Numbered from the whole stretch's first letter, positions 11,306 to 22,083 are shown. The stretch is DNA of 62,269 bases, filler included, from 4 parts of 4 records of this genome joined end to end with filler, not necessarily neighbours in it, one strand, 5' to 3'. Made by a program: numbers and translations. The notes: generated by a model from the letters alone, not told the origin.

Positions 11306-12688
11306 ATGCCCCTTAGCCGCCGCCAGGTCCTCACCCAGATTGCCGCCCTCTCGACCCTTCCCGCCCTGCCCCGCGTGGCAAGCGCCGCCAGCCCGCGCCG
11401 CCTGACGCTTGCGCCCGCCACACAGCAGATCGCCCCCGCCACCTACCCGGCCACCGATCTGTGGTGCGTCAACGGCTCCATGCCCGGCGAGACACTGCGG
11501 CTAAAACAGGGGGCGCGACTGATCGCCGAGGTGGAGAACCGCCTGCCGCAAGCCACCAGCCTGCACTGGCACGGCATCCGCATCGAGAACGCCATGGACG
11601 GGGTGCCAGGCGTCACCCAAGACCCGATCCAACCGAATGAGATCTTCACCTATGACTTCGCCCTGCCTGATGCGGGGAGCTACTGGTATCACTCCCACGC
11701 GCAATCGGTGGAACAGGTAGAGCGCGGCCTGCAAGGCGTGTTGATCGTCGAGGAACCGGACACCCCGGATGTGGATCAGGACCTACCGCTCGTGATCGAC
11801 GATCTGCGCGTCACGTCCGATGCCACAGTGGACGCGCAGTTCAACGCCCCGCACGACCTGTCGCATGCGGGGCGGATGGGCAATGTGCTTTTGTGCAATG
11901 GCAAGATGGTGGCGGACCACCCCGTCAAATCCGGCGACCGACTGCGTCTGCGTCTGATCAACAGCGCCAATGCGCGTATCTTCACCCTCGGGCTACAGGG
12001 GCTTGAGGGCTGGGTGATGGCCTATGACGGCATGCCGCTGGCCACACCGGAACCGCTGCCGGACCAGCTTGTCCTCGCCCCCGCCCAGCGCATTGATCTG
12101 TTTGTCGACGTGACCGCCGCGGCGGGGGAAGAAGTCTTTCTCGTGCAGTTCGAACGTGATGGTGGCTACGAGCTGGCCCGCTTTCCGGTCTCCGCAGGCA
12201 CCCGCACGCGCCGCGCCACGCCCGCTGCACTACCGCCGAACCCCGACTTTCCCATCGACCTGAAATCTGCACGCAGCGTCGATCTGATCGCCGAAGGCGG
12301 CGCGATGGCGTGGCTGCAAAGCGCCAGCTTCAAAGGCGAAAACCTCTCGGGCGAAGATCTCGCCAAACTCGGCCAATTCTGGTCCTTCAACGGCTCCGCA
12401 GGCCGCCCTATCGAACCGCTGGTGACGGCACGCTTGGGTGAGACCATCCGCATCCGCATGGTGAACGACACCCAATTCCCGCACGCCATGCATCTGCACG
12501 GCATGCATTTCGCCGAAGTCCTGCCGGATGGTACGCTCGGCCCGTTGCGCGACACGCTCCTGATGCTGCGGGGCGAAACCCGCGAGATCGCTTTTCAGGC
12601 CCATAATCCGGGCGACTGGCTATTTCACTGCCATATGCTGTCGCATCACGCCGCAGGCATGGGCACATGGGTGCGGGTTACCGCCTGA
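11306..12688 (+). CDS. Tat-exported multicopper oxidase (CueO/CumA-like)
   Basis: SRRQVL twin-arginine signal; Cu motifs HWHG, YWYHSH, HAMHLHG, HCHMLSHHAAGM. Confidence 0.93.
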   Translation: MPLSRRQVLTQIAALSTLPALPRVASAASPRRLTLAPATQQIAPATYPATDLWCVNGSMPGETLRLKQGARLIAEVENRLPQATSLHWHGIRIENAMDGVPGVTQDPIQPNEIFTYDFALPDAGSYWYHSHAQSVEQVERGLQGVLIVEEPDTPDVDQDLPLVIDDLRVTSDATVDAQFNAPHDLSHAGRMGNVLLCNGKMVADHPVKSGDRLRLRLINSANARIFTLGLQGLEGWVMAYDGMPLATPEPLPDQLVLAPAQRIDLFVDVTAAAGEEVFLVQFERDGGYELARFPVSAGTRTRRATPAALPPNPDFPIDLKSARSVDLIAEGGAMAWLQSASFKGENLSGEDLAKLGQFWSFNGSAGRPIEPLVTARLGETIRIRMVNDTQFPHAMHLHGMHFAEVLPDGTLGPLRDTLLMLRGETREIAFQAHNPGDWLFHCHMLSHHAAGMGTWVRVTA

Positions 12689-12753
12689 GCCTTTCCGTTT
12701 CTGAGCGAAATATCCCCGCCGGAGGCCTTCAGGTTTTGCCCGCAAAGCCTGAA

Positions 12754-14085
12754 TTACTCTCCCTGCCGCTGGATGCGCTTCTTGGCAAAGAACTCCGTGC
12801 GCTTGCGCAGCTCGCGCTCAAACCCGCGTTCCACCGGCTGATACAGCACAGGCCGCTTCACCCCGTCGGGAAAGTAATTCTGCCCCGAAAACCCATCCTC
12901 AGCGTTGTGGTCATAGTCGTAGCCTTTGCCATAGCCCTGCTGTTCCATCAGCTTGGTCGGCGCATTGAGGATATGTTTGGGCGGCGGCTCTGACCCCGTC
13001 TCCTTGGCCAGACGTCGCGCCGCCTTGTAGGCCATGTAGCCCGCGTTGGTCTTGGGCGCGAGCGCGAGGTAGATCACCGCCTGCGCCAGCGCCAACTCGC
13101 CCTCGGGCGAGCCAAGCCGCTCGTACGTCTCCCAGGCCTGCAGGCAGATCGCCTGTGCCTGCGGGTCGGCCAGCGCGATATCCTCAATCGCCATCCGGGT
13201 CAGACGCCGGGCGAGATACTTGGGGTCTTCGCCGCCCTCCAGCATCCGCGCAAACCAATACAGCGCCGCATCCGGGTCGGAGCCGCGCACGGATTTATGC
13301 AGCGCCGATATGAGGTTATAATGCTCATCGCCGGATTTGTCGTATTTCGCCGCCCGCCGCATCAGCCGCGTCGCCAGCGCCTCTCGCCCCAGGGGCTGAT
13401 CCACCTTCCAGGCCGCGATCTGCTCGATCAGATTTAAGAGCGCCCGCCCGTCGCCATCGGCCATCTGATGCAGCGCGTCGCGCGCCTCAGGCAGAAGCGG
13501 CAAGCGGCGCTCCAGCGCCTGCTCCGCGCGCTGGGTCAGCCGCTCCAGATCCGCAAGGCTCAGACGTTCCAGCACCAGCACCTGCGAACGGGACAGAACC
13601 GCGGCATTCAACTCAAAACTCGGGTTTTCCGTGGTGGCCCCGACCAGAAGGATGGTGCCATCCTCCATATACGGCAGGAACCCGTCCTGCTGCGCCTTAT
13701 TGAAGCGGTGGATCTCGTCGACAAACAGCAGCGTGCCCTGCCCGTTCTGACGGCGAATCTTGGCGGCCTCGAACACCTTCTTCAGATCCGGCACGCCGGT
13801 AAAAATGGCCGAGATCTGCACAAAATGCAGGTCGGTTTCCTGCGCCAACAGCCGCGCGATGGTGGTCTTGCCCACCCCCGGCGGCCCCCAGAAGATCAGC
13901 GACGACAGGCTGCCGGACGACAGCATCACACCCAGCGGAGCCTCTGCGCCCAACACCTGCTCCTGACCGATCACCTCGGCAAGCGTGCGGGGCCGCAATC
14001 GGTCCGCGAGCGGGCGCGGAGCGTCATTGGCCCCGCCCTGCTCGCTCTGAGCGCCCGCATCCCCGCTGTCAAACAGATCCGCCAT
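12754..14085 (-). CDS. rarA: Replication-associated recombination protein A (MgsA/RarA AAA+ ATPase)
   Basis: [45 protein letters not shown]. Confidence 0.96.
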   Translation of the reverse strand: MADLFDSGDAGAQSEQGGANDAPRPLADRLRPRTLAEVIGQEQVLGAEAPLGVMLSSGSLSSLIFWGPPGVGKTTIARLLAQETDLHFVQISAIFTGVPDLKKVFEAAKIRRQNGQGTLLFVDEIHRFNKAQQDGFLPYMEDGTILLVGATTENPSFELNAAVLSRSQVLVLERLSLADLERLTQRAEQALERRLPLLPEARDALHQMADGDGRALLNLIEQIAAWKVDQPLGREALATRLMRRAAKYDKSGDEHYNLISALHKSVRGSDPDAALYWFARMLEGGEDPKYLARRLTRMAIEDIALADPQAQAICLQAWETYERLGSPEGELALAQAVIYLALAPKTNAGYMAYKAARRLAKETGSEPPPKHILNAPTKLMEQQGYGKGYDYDHNAEDGFSGQNYFPDGVKRPVLYQPVERGFERELRKRTEFFAKKRIQRQGE

Positions 14086-14089
14086 CGCT

Positions 14090-15487
14090 TTACAGCCGGA
14101 ACCGCAGCGACACGCGCTGGCCCTGTCGCATCAGATCAAGCCGCATCCAACGACCACTATTCATCAAGAGGTTCGCCACATCCTCAGGCGCGGCGATCTC
14201 CTCGCCATTGATGGCCAGCAACAAGTCCCCCGCGCGCACGCCGCCGCGCCCCGCATAGGGGCCGGGGTCCATCACCACCACCCCTTCGGTCGACAGCGGC
14301 AGCTGCATCTTCGTGATCACCTGCGGGTTCACCTGCCCCACCACCAGCCCCGGCATAGGGGTTTGCGCGTTCAGCGTGATCGGATCGGCGGCCGGAGAGT
14401 TGGGCGCCTCCATCAAGGCGACCTCAACGGTTTCTGTTTCGCCCTGATGCACCCGCGTCACAGCACTGGTGCCTCCCAGCTCTGCCACTGACAGGCGAAA
14501 GGCCATCTCCGAGGGCGAGTTCACCGGCTCGCCATCCACGGCCAGCACCACATCGCCGACCTCAAAGCCCGCCGCGACAAAGGGGCTTTGTGGATGCAAC
14601 TCGGAGATCAGCATGCCATCCACCTGGCCCAGACCCAGCGCTTCGGCCAGATCGGAATCCACAGGCTGGCCGGTCATCCCCGCCCAGGGACGCTGAAATT
14701 CGCCTTCGCCTTCACGCGCTTGGCGTACGAACTCACGTACCAGATTGGCGGGAATGGCAAAGCCAATGCCGTTCGACCCGCCAGAGCGGCTGAGGATCCG
14801 GGTGTTGATGCCAATGAGCTCACCATTCACGTCAATCAACGCACCGCCGGAGTTGCCCGGATTGATCGGCGCATCGGTCTGGATGTAGTAGCCAAACCCC
14901 TGCCCGCCGCCGGTGCCCGTCCGCGCAAGGCCCGAGATAATGCCCGAGGACACCGTCTGCCCGACCCCAAAGGGGTTGCCGATGGCCAGTGTCAGCTCGC
15001 CCACCTCGACCCCGTCACTGTCGCGCAGGCCAAGGGAGGGCAGCCCTTCCGCGTCCTTAAGTTGCAGGATCGCCAAATCTGATGCCTGATCGGCGAGGAT
15101 CACCTCCGCCTGATACTCGCGCCGGTCATTGGTCACCACGCGAATATCTGACGCCTCTCCGACCACGTGATAATTCGAGACCACGATGCCATCGTCGGAC
15201 AGGATCACGCCGGACCCCAGCGAGTTCTGCACCCTTGGGCGGGGCTGGGCAAACTGGCGGAAGAAATCATCAAAGAACGGATCATCGGCAAAGGGGCTGC
15301 GGGCGCGGTCCTGACGGATAATCTTGGCGTAGATGTTCACCACCGCTGGCGCGGCCTCTTTGACCAATGGTGCAAACCCCAGCGAGATTTCGGCCTGGCT
15401 CTGCGGCACTTGTGTGTCGGCCTGCGCCGCAAGCGGCAGGCTGGTCACAAGTGCGAGGGTCAGGGGAAGGGCAAGACTGCGGACCAT
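14090..15487 (-). CDS. degP: DegP/DegQ (HtrA) periplasmic serine protease with two PDZ domains
   Basis: Signal peptide, LGSGVI, SNYHVV, IQTDAPINPGNSGGAL. Confidence 0.92.
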   Translation of the reverse strand: MVRSLALPLTLALVTSLPLAAQADTQVPQSQAEISLGFAPLVKEAAPAVVNIYAKIIRQDRARSPFADDPFFDDFFRQFAQPRPRVQNSLGSGVILSDDGIVVSNYHVVGEASDIRVVTNDRREYQAEVILADQASDLAILQLKDAEGLPSLGLRDSDGVEVGELTLAIGNPFGVGQTVSSGIISGLARTGTGGGQGFGYYIQTDAPINPGNSGGALIDVNGELIGINTRILSRSGGSNGIGFAIPANLVREFVRQAREGEGEFQRPWAGMTGQPVDSDLAEALGLGQVDGMLISELHPQSPFVAAGFEVGDVVLAVDGEPVNSPSEMAFRLSVAELGGTSAVTRVHQGETETVEVALMEAPNSPAADPITLNAQTPMPGLVVGQVNPQVITKMQLPLSTEGVVVMDPGPYAGRGGVRAGDLLLAINGEEIAAPEDVANLLMNSGRWMRLDLMRQGQRVSLRFRL

Positions 15488-15603
15488 GGGGCCTCCGGAC
15501 AATTTACTCTGGTCCCGATGATATGCGGAGGCGCGCGGGTGATTGCAAGCATGTGTGGTTGGCAGAACGAGCAGGGGGCGGTGCGTCGCCGCCCCCTACG
15601 CAG

Positions 15604-16698
15604 CTATCCTGCGAGGCGCGCGCCGAGGGTGCGACGGGTGTCCACCGCTTTCGCCAGTTTGCGCAGCAGGATTTCCGTTTCCTCCCAGCCGATGCAACCA
15701 TCGGTCACTGACTGGCCGTAGGTGAGTTTCGACAGATCCCCGTCCTTGGGCAGATCCTGACGGCCATGCACAAGGTGGCTTTCGATCATGAGGCCGGTGA
15801 TGCGGGCCTCGCCCTGCGCCATCTGATCGGCTACATCCGTGAGCACCTCAGGCTGTTTTGCCGGGTCCTTGGCGGAGTTGGCATGGCTTGCGTCGATCAT
15901 CACCTGCGGGCGAATGCCGTCTGCGTCGGCCTTCTGGCAGGCGGCATCGATGCTGGCCGCATCATAGTTGGTGCCACCGCCACCGCGCAGGATGATGTGA
16001 CAATCGGGGTTGCCCGCAGTGGCCGCAATCGCCGCGAGGCCCGAGGGCGCCAGCGCCATGAAATGATGCGGCGTCGCAGCAGAGCGCACCGCGTCGATGG
16101 CGATCTGCACATTGCCGCGGGTGCCGTTCTTGAACCCCACCGGGCAGCTCAGGCCGGAGGCCATCTCGCGGTGGATCTGGCTCTCGGTGGTGCGGGCGCC
16201 AATCGCGGCCCAGCTCACCAGATCGCTAATGTACTGCGGCACCGCCGCATCGAGGAATTCGGTCCCCACCGGCAGGCCCATCTCGCTCAGGTCGAGGCAG
16301 AGTTTGCGCGCGGTCGACAGCCCCTTGTTGATGCGGAAGGAGCCATCGAGGTTGGGATCGTTGATCAGACCCTTCCAGCCCGCGATGGTGCGGGGTTTCT
16401 CGAAGTAGACCCGCATCACGATCTCAAGCTGGTCGCCCAGCTCGGCGCGCAGAGGGGCGAGGCGGCGGGCGTAGTCCAGTGCAGCCTCTGGGTCGTGGAT
16501 GGAACAGGGGCCAACCACCACGACCAGCCGGTCGTCCGCGCCATGCAGGATCTCTTGAATGCTGGCGCGGGATTTCAAAACGGTGTCGCGCGCAGCGTCG
16601 GTGAGCGGATGCTTCACCGCGAGGGCTTCGGGGCAGATCAATTCCTGCATATCGGTAATCCGGAGGTCATTGGTGGGAGTCTGGGACAGGGTGGTCAT
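15604..16698 (-). CDS. aroG: Class I 3-deoxy-7-phosphoheptulonate (DAHP) synthase
   Basis: GPCSIHD, MRVYFEKPRT, GARTTESQIHREMASGLSCPVGFKNGT, DASHANS, YGQSVTDGCIGW; start MTTLSQ follows AAAGGA. Confidence 0.95.
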   Translation of the reverse strand: MTTLSQTPTNDLRITDMQELICPEALAVKHPLTDAARDTVLKSRASIQEILHGADDRLVVVVGPCSIHDPEAALDYARRLAPLRAELGDQLEIVMRVYFEKPRTIAGWKGLINDPNLDGSFRINKGLSTARKLCLDLSEMGLPVGTEFLDAAVPQYISDLVSWAAIGARTTESQIHREMASGLSCPVGFKNGTRGNVQIAIDAVRSAATPHHFMALAPSGLAAIAATAGNPDCHIILRGGGGTNYDAASIDAACQKADADGIRPQVMIDASHANSAKDPAKQPEVLTDVADQMAQGEARITGLMIESHLVHGRQDLPKDGDLSKLTYGQSVTDGCIGWEETEILLRKLAKAVDTRRTLGARLAG

Positions 16699-16744
16699 GG
16701 GCGTGGATCCTTTGGCGGGTGCCCCTGTCGGACCTCTGGACAAC

Positions 16745-16774
16745 AAAAAACCGCCCTTGGTCCCGGGGCGGTTT
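16745..16774 (-). terminator. Intrinsic terminator of the aroG leader (attenuator)
   Basis: Minus strand AAACCGCCC-CGGGACCAA-GGGCGGTTT followed by a U tract, between the leader ORF and the aroG start. Confidence 0.88.
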
Positions 16775-16807
16775 GGTGCGGTATTCTGGTGTTTCTGTCA
16801 GTTCAAT

Positions 16808-16885
16808 TCAGAAACGCGAAGACCCTCCGTCCGCCATGTGGCGCGGATAAAAGTAATACCAAAACTGGGCGAACTGTTGGGTCAT
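16808..16885 (-). CDS. Aromatic-rich leader peptide MTQQFAQFWYYFYPRHMADGGSSRF (25 aa)
   Basis: Minus strand ATG ACC CAA CAG TTC GCC CAG TTT TGG TAT TAC TTT TAT CCG...TTC TGA; six consecutive aromatic codons. Confidence 0.88.
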   Translation of the reverse strand: MTQQFAQFWYYFYPRHMADGGSSRF

Positions 16886-16892
16886 AGGCCGG

Positions 16893-16921
16893 ACGCTAGC
16901 GGAGTTTCCTACATCTGTCAC
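16893..16921 (-). promoter_or_regulatory. Sigma70-like promoter for the leader (GTGACA-17-TAGCGT), implying a leaderless transcript
   Basis: The -10 ends 7 nt before the leader ATG and there is no SD sequence. Confidence 0.55.
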
Positions 16922-16998
16922 CCTGAAAAAACGTCCCGCTCGTCAACGACCCGCTCCCCAATGGAAGGACCGCGCTCCTCCGGCCCATGCCTGTGCCC

Positions 16999-19404
16999 TC
17001 AGAACTCCTGCCAGATATCGACAGCGGTCGCACCGGCGGAAATTGGAACGGGCACGGAACTGCCCGGCTCCATTGGGCCATGGGCGGTCGGCGCGAGGTG
17101 CTGGGCCTCGTCTTCCGGCTGCGCCGGTTCACGTGTGGTGATGTTGCTGGCATCCACTTTGAAGTAGGCGACAATCTCCGACAGCTTGCTCGCATCGGAG
17201 TTCAGCAAATGCCCCGCCGCAGTGGATTGCTCTACCATCGCGGCATTCTGCTGCGTCACTTGGTCAAGCTGGGACATGCCGGTGTTGATTTCGTCGAGGC
17301 CGGTGGATTGCTCTGCGGCGCCATCGGCAATACCCGACATCAGCTGCGAAATCTGGTTCACCCGGCTAGCAATCGACTGCAACGCCTCACCCGCGCGGCC
17401 GACAAGATCCACGCCCTGTTCGACTTGTTTGGAACTGGATCCGATCAAGGTCTTGATCTCCATCGCCGCACCGGATGAGCGCTGTGCCAGTCCCCGCACC
17501 TCGGACGCAACGACCGCGAAGCCGCGCCCGGCTTCGCCAGCCCGCGCGGCTTCAACACCGGCGTTCAACGCCAGCAGGTTGGTCTGAAAGGCGATATCGT
17601 CGATGACCGAGATGATCTGCGAAATCTGGTTGGAGCTGTCTTCGATCCCGCTCATGGCCGTGACCGCGTTCTGTACCACTTCGCCGCTGCTTTCTGCATC
17701 CTCTCGGGCCTCCCGCACGGTGTTTTCCACATCACGTGCGCCGTCTGCCGCGTTGCGCACACTTGCGGTCAACTCGTCGATCGCGGCGGCGGTCTGTTCG
17801 AGCGTCGCCGCCTGCGCCTCTGTTCGCTGCGACAGATCATCCGAGGCCTGACTGATTTCCGAGGCCCCGTTTCGAATCGAGGAGGTCGACTCGACAACCT
17901 GCATCACGGTGGCATTCAGCGTATTGATCGATCCGTTGAAATCCGTACGCAGCGCCTCGTATTCTGCTGGGAAGGCTTCGTCGATCTGCACGGTAAGATC
18001 GCCCTCCGACAACCGCGACAAGCGAGCACTGAGCACCTGAACCACGGTCTTCAGCTCCGCGTCCTTGCCTTCGGCTTTCATCAGCTCTGCTTCCTGCAAC
18101 TTGACCAGCTCATCGCGGAATACCTCCAGCGCACGCGCCATTTCTCCGACCTCGTCGCCACGGTTCTGGCCGGTGACAACTACCGCATTGTTGCCTGCAG
18201 CCAGCCCATTCATCGACGTGGTGATGCCCTGAATGGCCCGGGACAGGCTCCCGCCCACCCAGAGCGAAAGAAGCAGACCAACCAGAACAGCGGCCCCGAT
18301 CACGATAGGAATTTCCCAACGCGTCTCGGTGGAAATCTGATCATTGCTGTTCTGGCGTGCCGTCATCAGCGCTTCTTCCTCGGCCTGAAACTCCGTCAGG
18401 AGGGCTCGGAAGGCGTCAAAATAGGTTTTGCCATGCCCCTCGCCGACCCAATCCGCCATGTCATCCATGGTTGCAGAATCACCGATTTCGCGGCGCATCT
18501 CCAGCGTTGGCTCGACCACAGTCGACCGCCAGTCAGAGATGATCTCACGGATCAGACCTAACCGGCTTTCCTCCTTCGGAATTCCGGCAGATGCAGCCAT
18601 AAGTTCCGTATGCAGATCATCAAAGCGCGCAGCGCCGTTAGAATAAGGCTCCAGAAAGGCCTCTTCACCCGCAAGAAGAAACCCGCGCATCCCGGTTTCC
18701 ATGTCCACTGCGGCCTCCAACAGCGCCTTGGCCGCGATGATGCCCCGATACGCCCGTTCGACGGCGCGCAGGCCCTGATCGAGTGCATTCGGTTGCACCT
18801 CTCCCGATGCAACAAGCGCAGTGAAGGCCTGTCGCTGGTCCGCAAGATCCTGTGTCTGATCCGCGATATAGGCGTCGATCTCCGCCCGGAACTGATCAAA
18901 GTAGACTTTGCCCTTGGCCTGTTTGATTTCATCCGCCATGTCATTCATCGTCAGCGCATCACCAATCTTTTGCCGCATAGAGATGGCCTCCTCGGCAACA
19001 TGGGTTTGCCAGTCTCGCAACATCATTTCAGCTTCATCGAGACGTGCCACTTGTGCCGGATTGTCGCTGACCGTGTCCCGCAGCGATGATAACGTAGAAA
19101 AAGCACGTTCTTTACCGGCGTGATAAGGGGCGAGGTATTGATCCTTGCCGGCAAGCTCGTAGCCCCGCAGCCCGGTCTCCATGTTCACGGCAGAGGCCAT
19201 GATCGTTTGAGCCTCGGTCAACACGGGTTGGGTGTGCCTCACCCATTTGTTGCTCTCCTCCATCTTGAGCAAATTGACCTCGACCAGAACACCGACTCCG
19301 ATCATCAGTACCAGTGGCGCAAACGAGGCCAGAAGCACCTTCGGTCTGGTCTTGAGATTCAAAATGGAGAAGCGCCTCCGAACGCTATTGCGACGTGAAG
19401 TCAT
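16999..19404 (-). CDS. Methyl-accepting chemotaxis protein with two tandem CHASE3-like sensor domains
   Basis: TM1, duplicated METG(L/M)RG..LAG..PY motif, TM2, [39 protein letters not shown]-terminal IWQEF pentapeptide. Confidence 0.93.
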   Translation of the reverse strand: MTSRRNSVRRRFSILNLKTRPKVLLASFAPLVLMIGVGVLVEVNLLKMEESNKWVRHTQPVLTEAQTIMASAVNMETGLRGYELAGKDQYLAPYHAGKERAFSTLSSLRDTVSDNPAQVARLDEAEMMLRDWQTHVAEEAISMRQKIGDALTMNDMADEIKQAKGKVYFDQFRAEIDAYIADQTQDLADQRQAFTALVASGEVQPNALDQGLRAVERAYRGIIAAKALLEAAVDMETGMRGFLLAGEEAFLEPYSNGAARFDDLHTELMAASAGIPKEESRLGLIREIISDWRSTVVEPTLEMRREIGDSATMDDMADWVGEGHGKTYFDAFRALLTEFQAEEEALMTARQNSNDQISTETRWEIPIVIGAAVLVGLLLSLWVGGSLSRAIQGITTSMNGLAAGNNAVVVTGQNRGDEVGEMARALEVFRDELVKLQEAELMKAEGKDAELKTVVQVLSARLSRLSEGDLTVQIDEAFPAEYEALRTDFNGSINTLNATVMQVVESTSSIRNGASEISQASDDLSQRTEAQAATLEQTAAAIDELTASVRNAADGARDVENTVREAREDAESSGEVVQNAVTAMSGIEDSSNQISQIISVIDDIAFQTNLLALNAGVEAARAGEAGRGFAVVASEVRGLAQRSSGAAMEIKTLIGSSSKQVEQGVDLVGRAGEALQSIASRVNQISQLMSGIADGAAEQSTGLDEINTGMSQLDQVTQQNAAMVEQSTAAGHLLNSDASKLSEIVAYFKVDASNITTREPAQPEDEAQHLAPTAHGPMEPGSSVPVPISAGATAVDIWQEF

Positions 19405-19632
19405 GACACGGCCCCTTCGACTGACACTAGAAAACAGGCCTCGCACTAGAATGCCGCATCCTTGCCTGAACCTTTCCAAATTCTACCGCTAACGTGGTTT
19501 TCACGAAAACATGCGATATTTACGATCTTTTGGCGCCCTCGTCGCGACCTGAACGCGAGGCTGCACCGAAATCGCCGTGCTGGACGTGGCGCCCGTTACC
19601 GCTATCCTTCACGGCAAACGAGGAGGGTTTTC

Positions 19633-20532
19633 ATGCGCATTCTGTTCACCGGAGGGTCCGGCAAGGCCGGACGCCACGCCATCGCCTATCTGCTGGCCCA
19701 GGGGCATCGAGTGGTCAATGTCGATCTCACGCCACTGGACCTGCCCGGCGTCGACAATCGCATCGCCGATATGACCGACGCGGGCCAGATGCATGACGTG
19801 ATGCACGCCTGGGCCGGATATGACGAAATGGACGACCACCGCAGCCCGCCCCCCTTTGACGCGGTGGTGCATTTTGCCGCCGTGCCGCGCCTGCTGATGA
19901 AATCAGACAACGAATGCTATCGGATCAACACCATCGGCACCTACAATGTGATCGATGCGGCGTTGAAGGCGGGCGTGCGCAAGGTGATCTTTGCGTCCTC
20001 CGAGACCACCTATGGCGTCTGTTTTGCGGGCGGCGAGCGCAAGCCGGAATATCTGCCCATCGACGAGGAGCACCCCGTGGTGCCGGAGGATTCCTATGCC
20101 ATGTCCAAGGTCGCAGGCGAGGTCACCGCGCAATGCTTCCAACGGCGCACGGGCGCAGACATCTACGGGCTCAGGATCAACAATGTGATCGAACCGCACG
20201 ACTACAAGGCGAACTTTCCGGCCTATATGGCGGACCCGGATTTGCGGCGACGCAATATCTTTGCCTATATAGACGCCCGTGACCTCGGCCAGATGGTGCA
20301 GTGCTGTCTGGAGACCGACGGTCTGGGCTATCAGATCTTCAACGTCGCCAATACCGATCACTCGGTCAACTGGCCCACGACAGAGCTGATCGCGCGCTAT
20401 TATCAGGGCGTTCCGGCCCGCGACATGGGCCCGCGTGAGACTTTTTATTCAATCAAAAAGGCCCGTAAAATGCTTGGATTTGCGCCGAAGCACAACTGGC
20501 GCATGTACCTCGACGACCCGCGCGAGGTCTGA
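19633..20532 (+). CDS. NAD(P)-dependent epimerase/dehydratase (extended SDR)
   Basis: TGGSGKAG, FASSETTYG, YAMSK; AGGAGG RBS. Confidence 0.9.
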   Translation: MRILFTGGSGKAGRHAIAYLLAQGHRVVNVDLTPLDLPGVDNRIADMTDAGQMHDVMHAWAGYDEMDDHRSPPPFDAVVHFAAVPRLLMKSDNECYRINTIGTYNVIDAALKAGVRKVIFASSETTYGVCFAGGERKPEYLPIDEEHPVVPEDSYAMSKVAGEVTAQCFQRRTGADIYGLRINNVIEPHDYKANFPAYMADPDLRRRNIFAYIDARDLGQMVQCCLETDGLGYQIFNVANTDHSVNWPTTELIARYYQGVPARDMGPRETFYSIKKARKMLGFAPKHNWRMYLDDPREV

Positions 20533-20612
20533 GACCGCGTCGAAACCCCTTGCGCTTGGCAGGCCCCGGTGGAATGCAGGAGCAACATTTCCTGTCGTCA
20601 CCGGGGGCTTCC

Positions 20613-21728
20613 ATGTCATTTTCGATCAGCATTGGACCGAACATCCGTAGATCCGCCTATTTCGACGCCACCGTGCGCGACGGCGTGCGTGGGTTTTCGG
20701 TCTATAACCACATGTATATCCCGGGTAATTTCGGCGATCCGGATGGGGAATATGACAGGTTGATCAACGGCGTGGCCATGTGGGACGTCGCGGCACAACG
20801 ACAAGTGCAGCTGCAGGGGCCGGACGCGGGGCGACTGGCGCAATATCTGACCCCGCGCGACCTGTCCAAAACCAAGGTGGGTCAGGGACGCTATGTGCCG
20901 CTCTGTGACCATGCGGGCTGGCTGATCAATGACCCGGTGCTGCTGAAGCTTTCGGACGACTGCTACTGGCTCTCGGTGGCAGACAGCGACATTCACCTCT
21001 GGGCCGCCGCCATCGGGCGTGAACGCGGCTGGAGCGTCGAGGTCAGCGAACCGGATGTGTCCCCTCTGGCCATTCAGGGCCCCAAGGCGGAGGAGGTCAC
21101 CGCCGCGCTCTTTGGCGACTGGGTGCGGGACCTGCGCTATTTCGGGTTCAGGCAAACCGAACTGGACGGCATTCCGCTGGTTCTCGCGCGCTCTGGCTGG
21201 TCGAAACAGGGTGGGTTCGAGCTTTACTTGCAGGACGGATCGCGGGGCGTGGAGCTCTGGGATCGGGTCAAGGCGGCTGGCGCGCCGTTTGATATCGGCC
21301 CCGGTGCCCCCAACGATATCGAGCGGCTGGAAACCGGCCTGATTTCCTACGGCGCCGACATGCGCTGGCAGGATTTTCGCGCCAGCCCGTTCGAGATGGG
21401 CTTTGGCCCGCTCATCGACCTGCAGGGCGGCCATGACTTTGTCGGTCGTGCCGCGTTGCAGCGGATGGCGGCGGATCCTCCTGCCCGCCAGCGGGTCGGC
21501 CTGTTGATCGCTGATCGACCACCGCTGTCCGGACAGCCCATCCCGCTGTGGCAAGGCGACGAGCAGGTGGGACATGTGGCCGAGTTTGCCTACTCTCCGC
21601 GCGTCGGCACGACCATTGGTCACGCGTTGATTCGCAGTGATCTGGCGGAAGCGGCCACCGGCCTCGGCATTCGCCTGGGCGACAGAACCTACGCCGCCAC
21701 CCTGCATCCTATTCCTTTCCTGAAGTGA
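20613..21728 (+). CDS. GcvT-family THF-dependent demethylase, DmdA (DMSP demethylase)-like
   Basis: SVYNHM, WDVAAQRQV, INDPV, EPDVSPLAIQGP and ARSGWSKQGGFELY resemble DmdA motifs as recalled. Confidence 0.8.
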   Translation: MSFSISIGPNIRRSAYFDATVRDGVRGFSVYNHMYIPGNFGDPDGEYDRLINGVAMWDVAAQRQVQLQGPDAGRLAQYLTPRDLSKTKVGQGRYVPLCDHAGWLINDPVLLKLSDDCYWLSVADSDIHLWAAAIGRERGWSVEVSEPDVSPLAIQGPKAEEVTAALFGDWVRDLRYFGFRQTELDGIPLVLARSGWSKQGGFELYLQDGSRGVELWDRVKAAGAPFDIGPGAPNDIERLETGLISYGADMRWQDFRASPFEMGFGPLIDLQGGHDFVGRAALQRMAADPPARQRVGLLIADRPPLSGQPIPLWQGDEQVGHVAEFAYSPRVGTTIGHALIRSDLAEAATGLGIRLGDRTYAATLHPIPFLK

Positions 21729-21735
21729 GCCCCTC

Positions 21736-22083
21736 ATGAGCGACACAGTCCCCCCCTGCCCCGAATGTTCCTCCACCTATACCTATCAGGTGGATGCGCT
21801 GCTGAACTGCCCCGAATGCGGCCATGAATGGTCCGCATCAACCGAGGGCGGCGATGACACCGCAACCGTCGTGCGCGACAGCGTGGGCAATATCCTGACC
21901 GATGGGGATACGGTGACGGTGATCAAGGACCTGAAACTCAAAGGGTCCTCGACCGTCGTGAAGGTCGGCACCAAGGTGCGGGGTATCAGATTGGTCGATG
22001 GCGACCACGACATCGACTGCAAGGTTCCGGGCATCGGACAGATGGGGCTGAAAAGCCAGTTTGTGAAGAAAGTTGCGGAGTAA
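21736..22083 (+). CDS. phnA: Zinc-ribbon protein YjdM/PhnA
   Basis: CPECSSTYTY..CPECGHEW, DGDTVTVIKDLKLKGSS, DHDIDCK. Confidence 0.93.
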   Translation: MSDTVPPCPECSSTYTYQVDALLNCPECGHEWSASTEGGDDTATVVRDSVGNILTDGDTVTVIKDLKLKGSSTVVKVGTKVRGIRLVDGDHDIDCKVPGIGQMGLKSQFVKKVAE

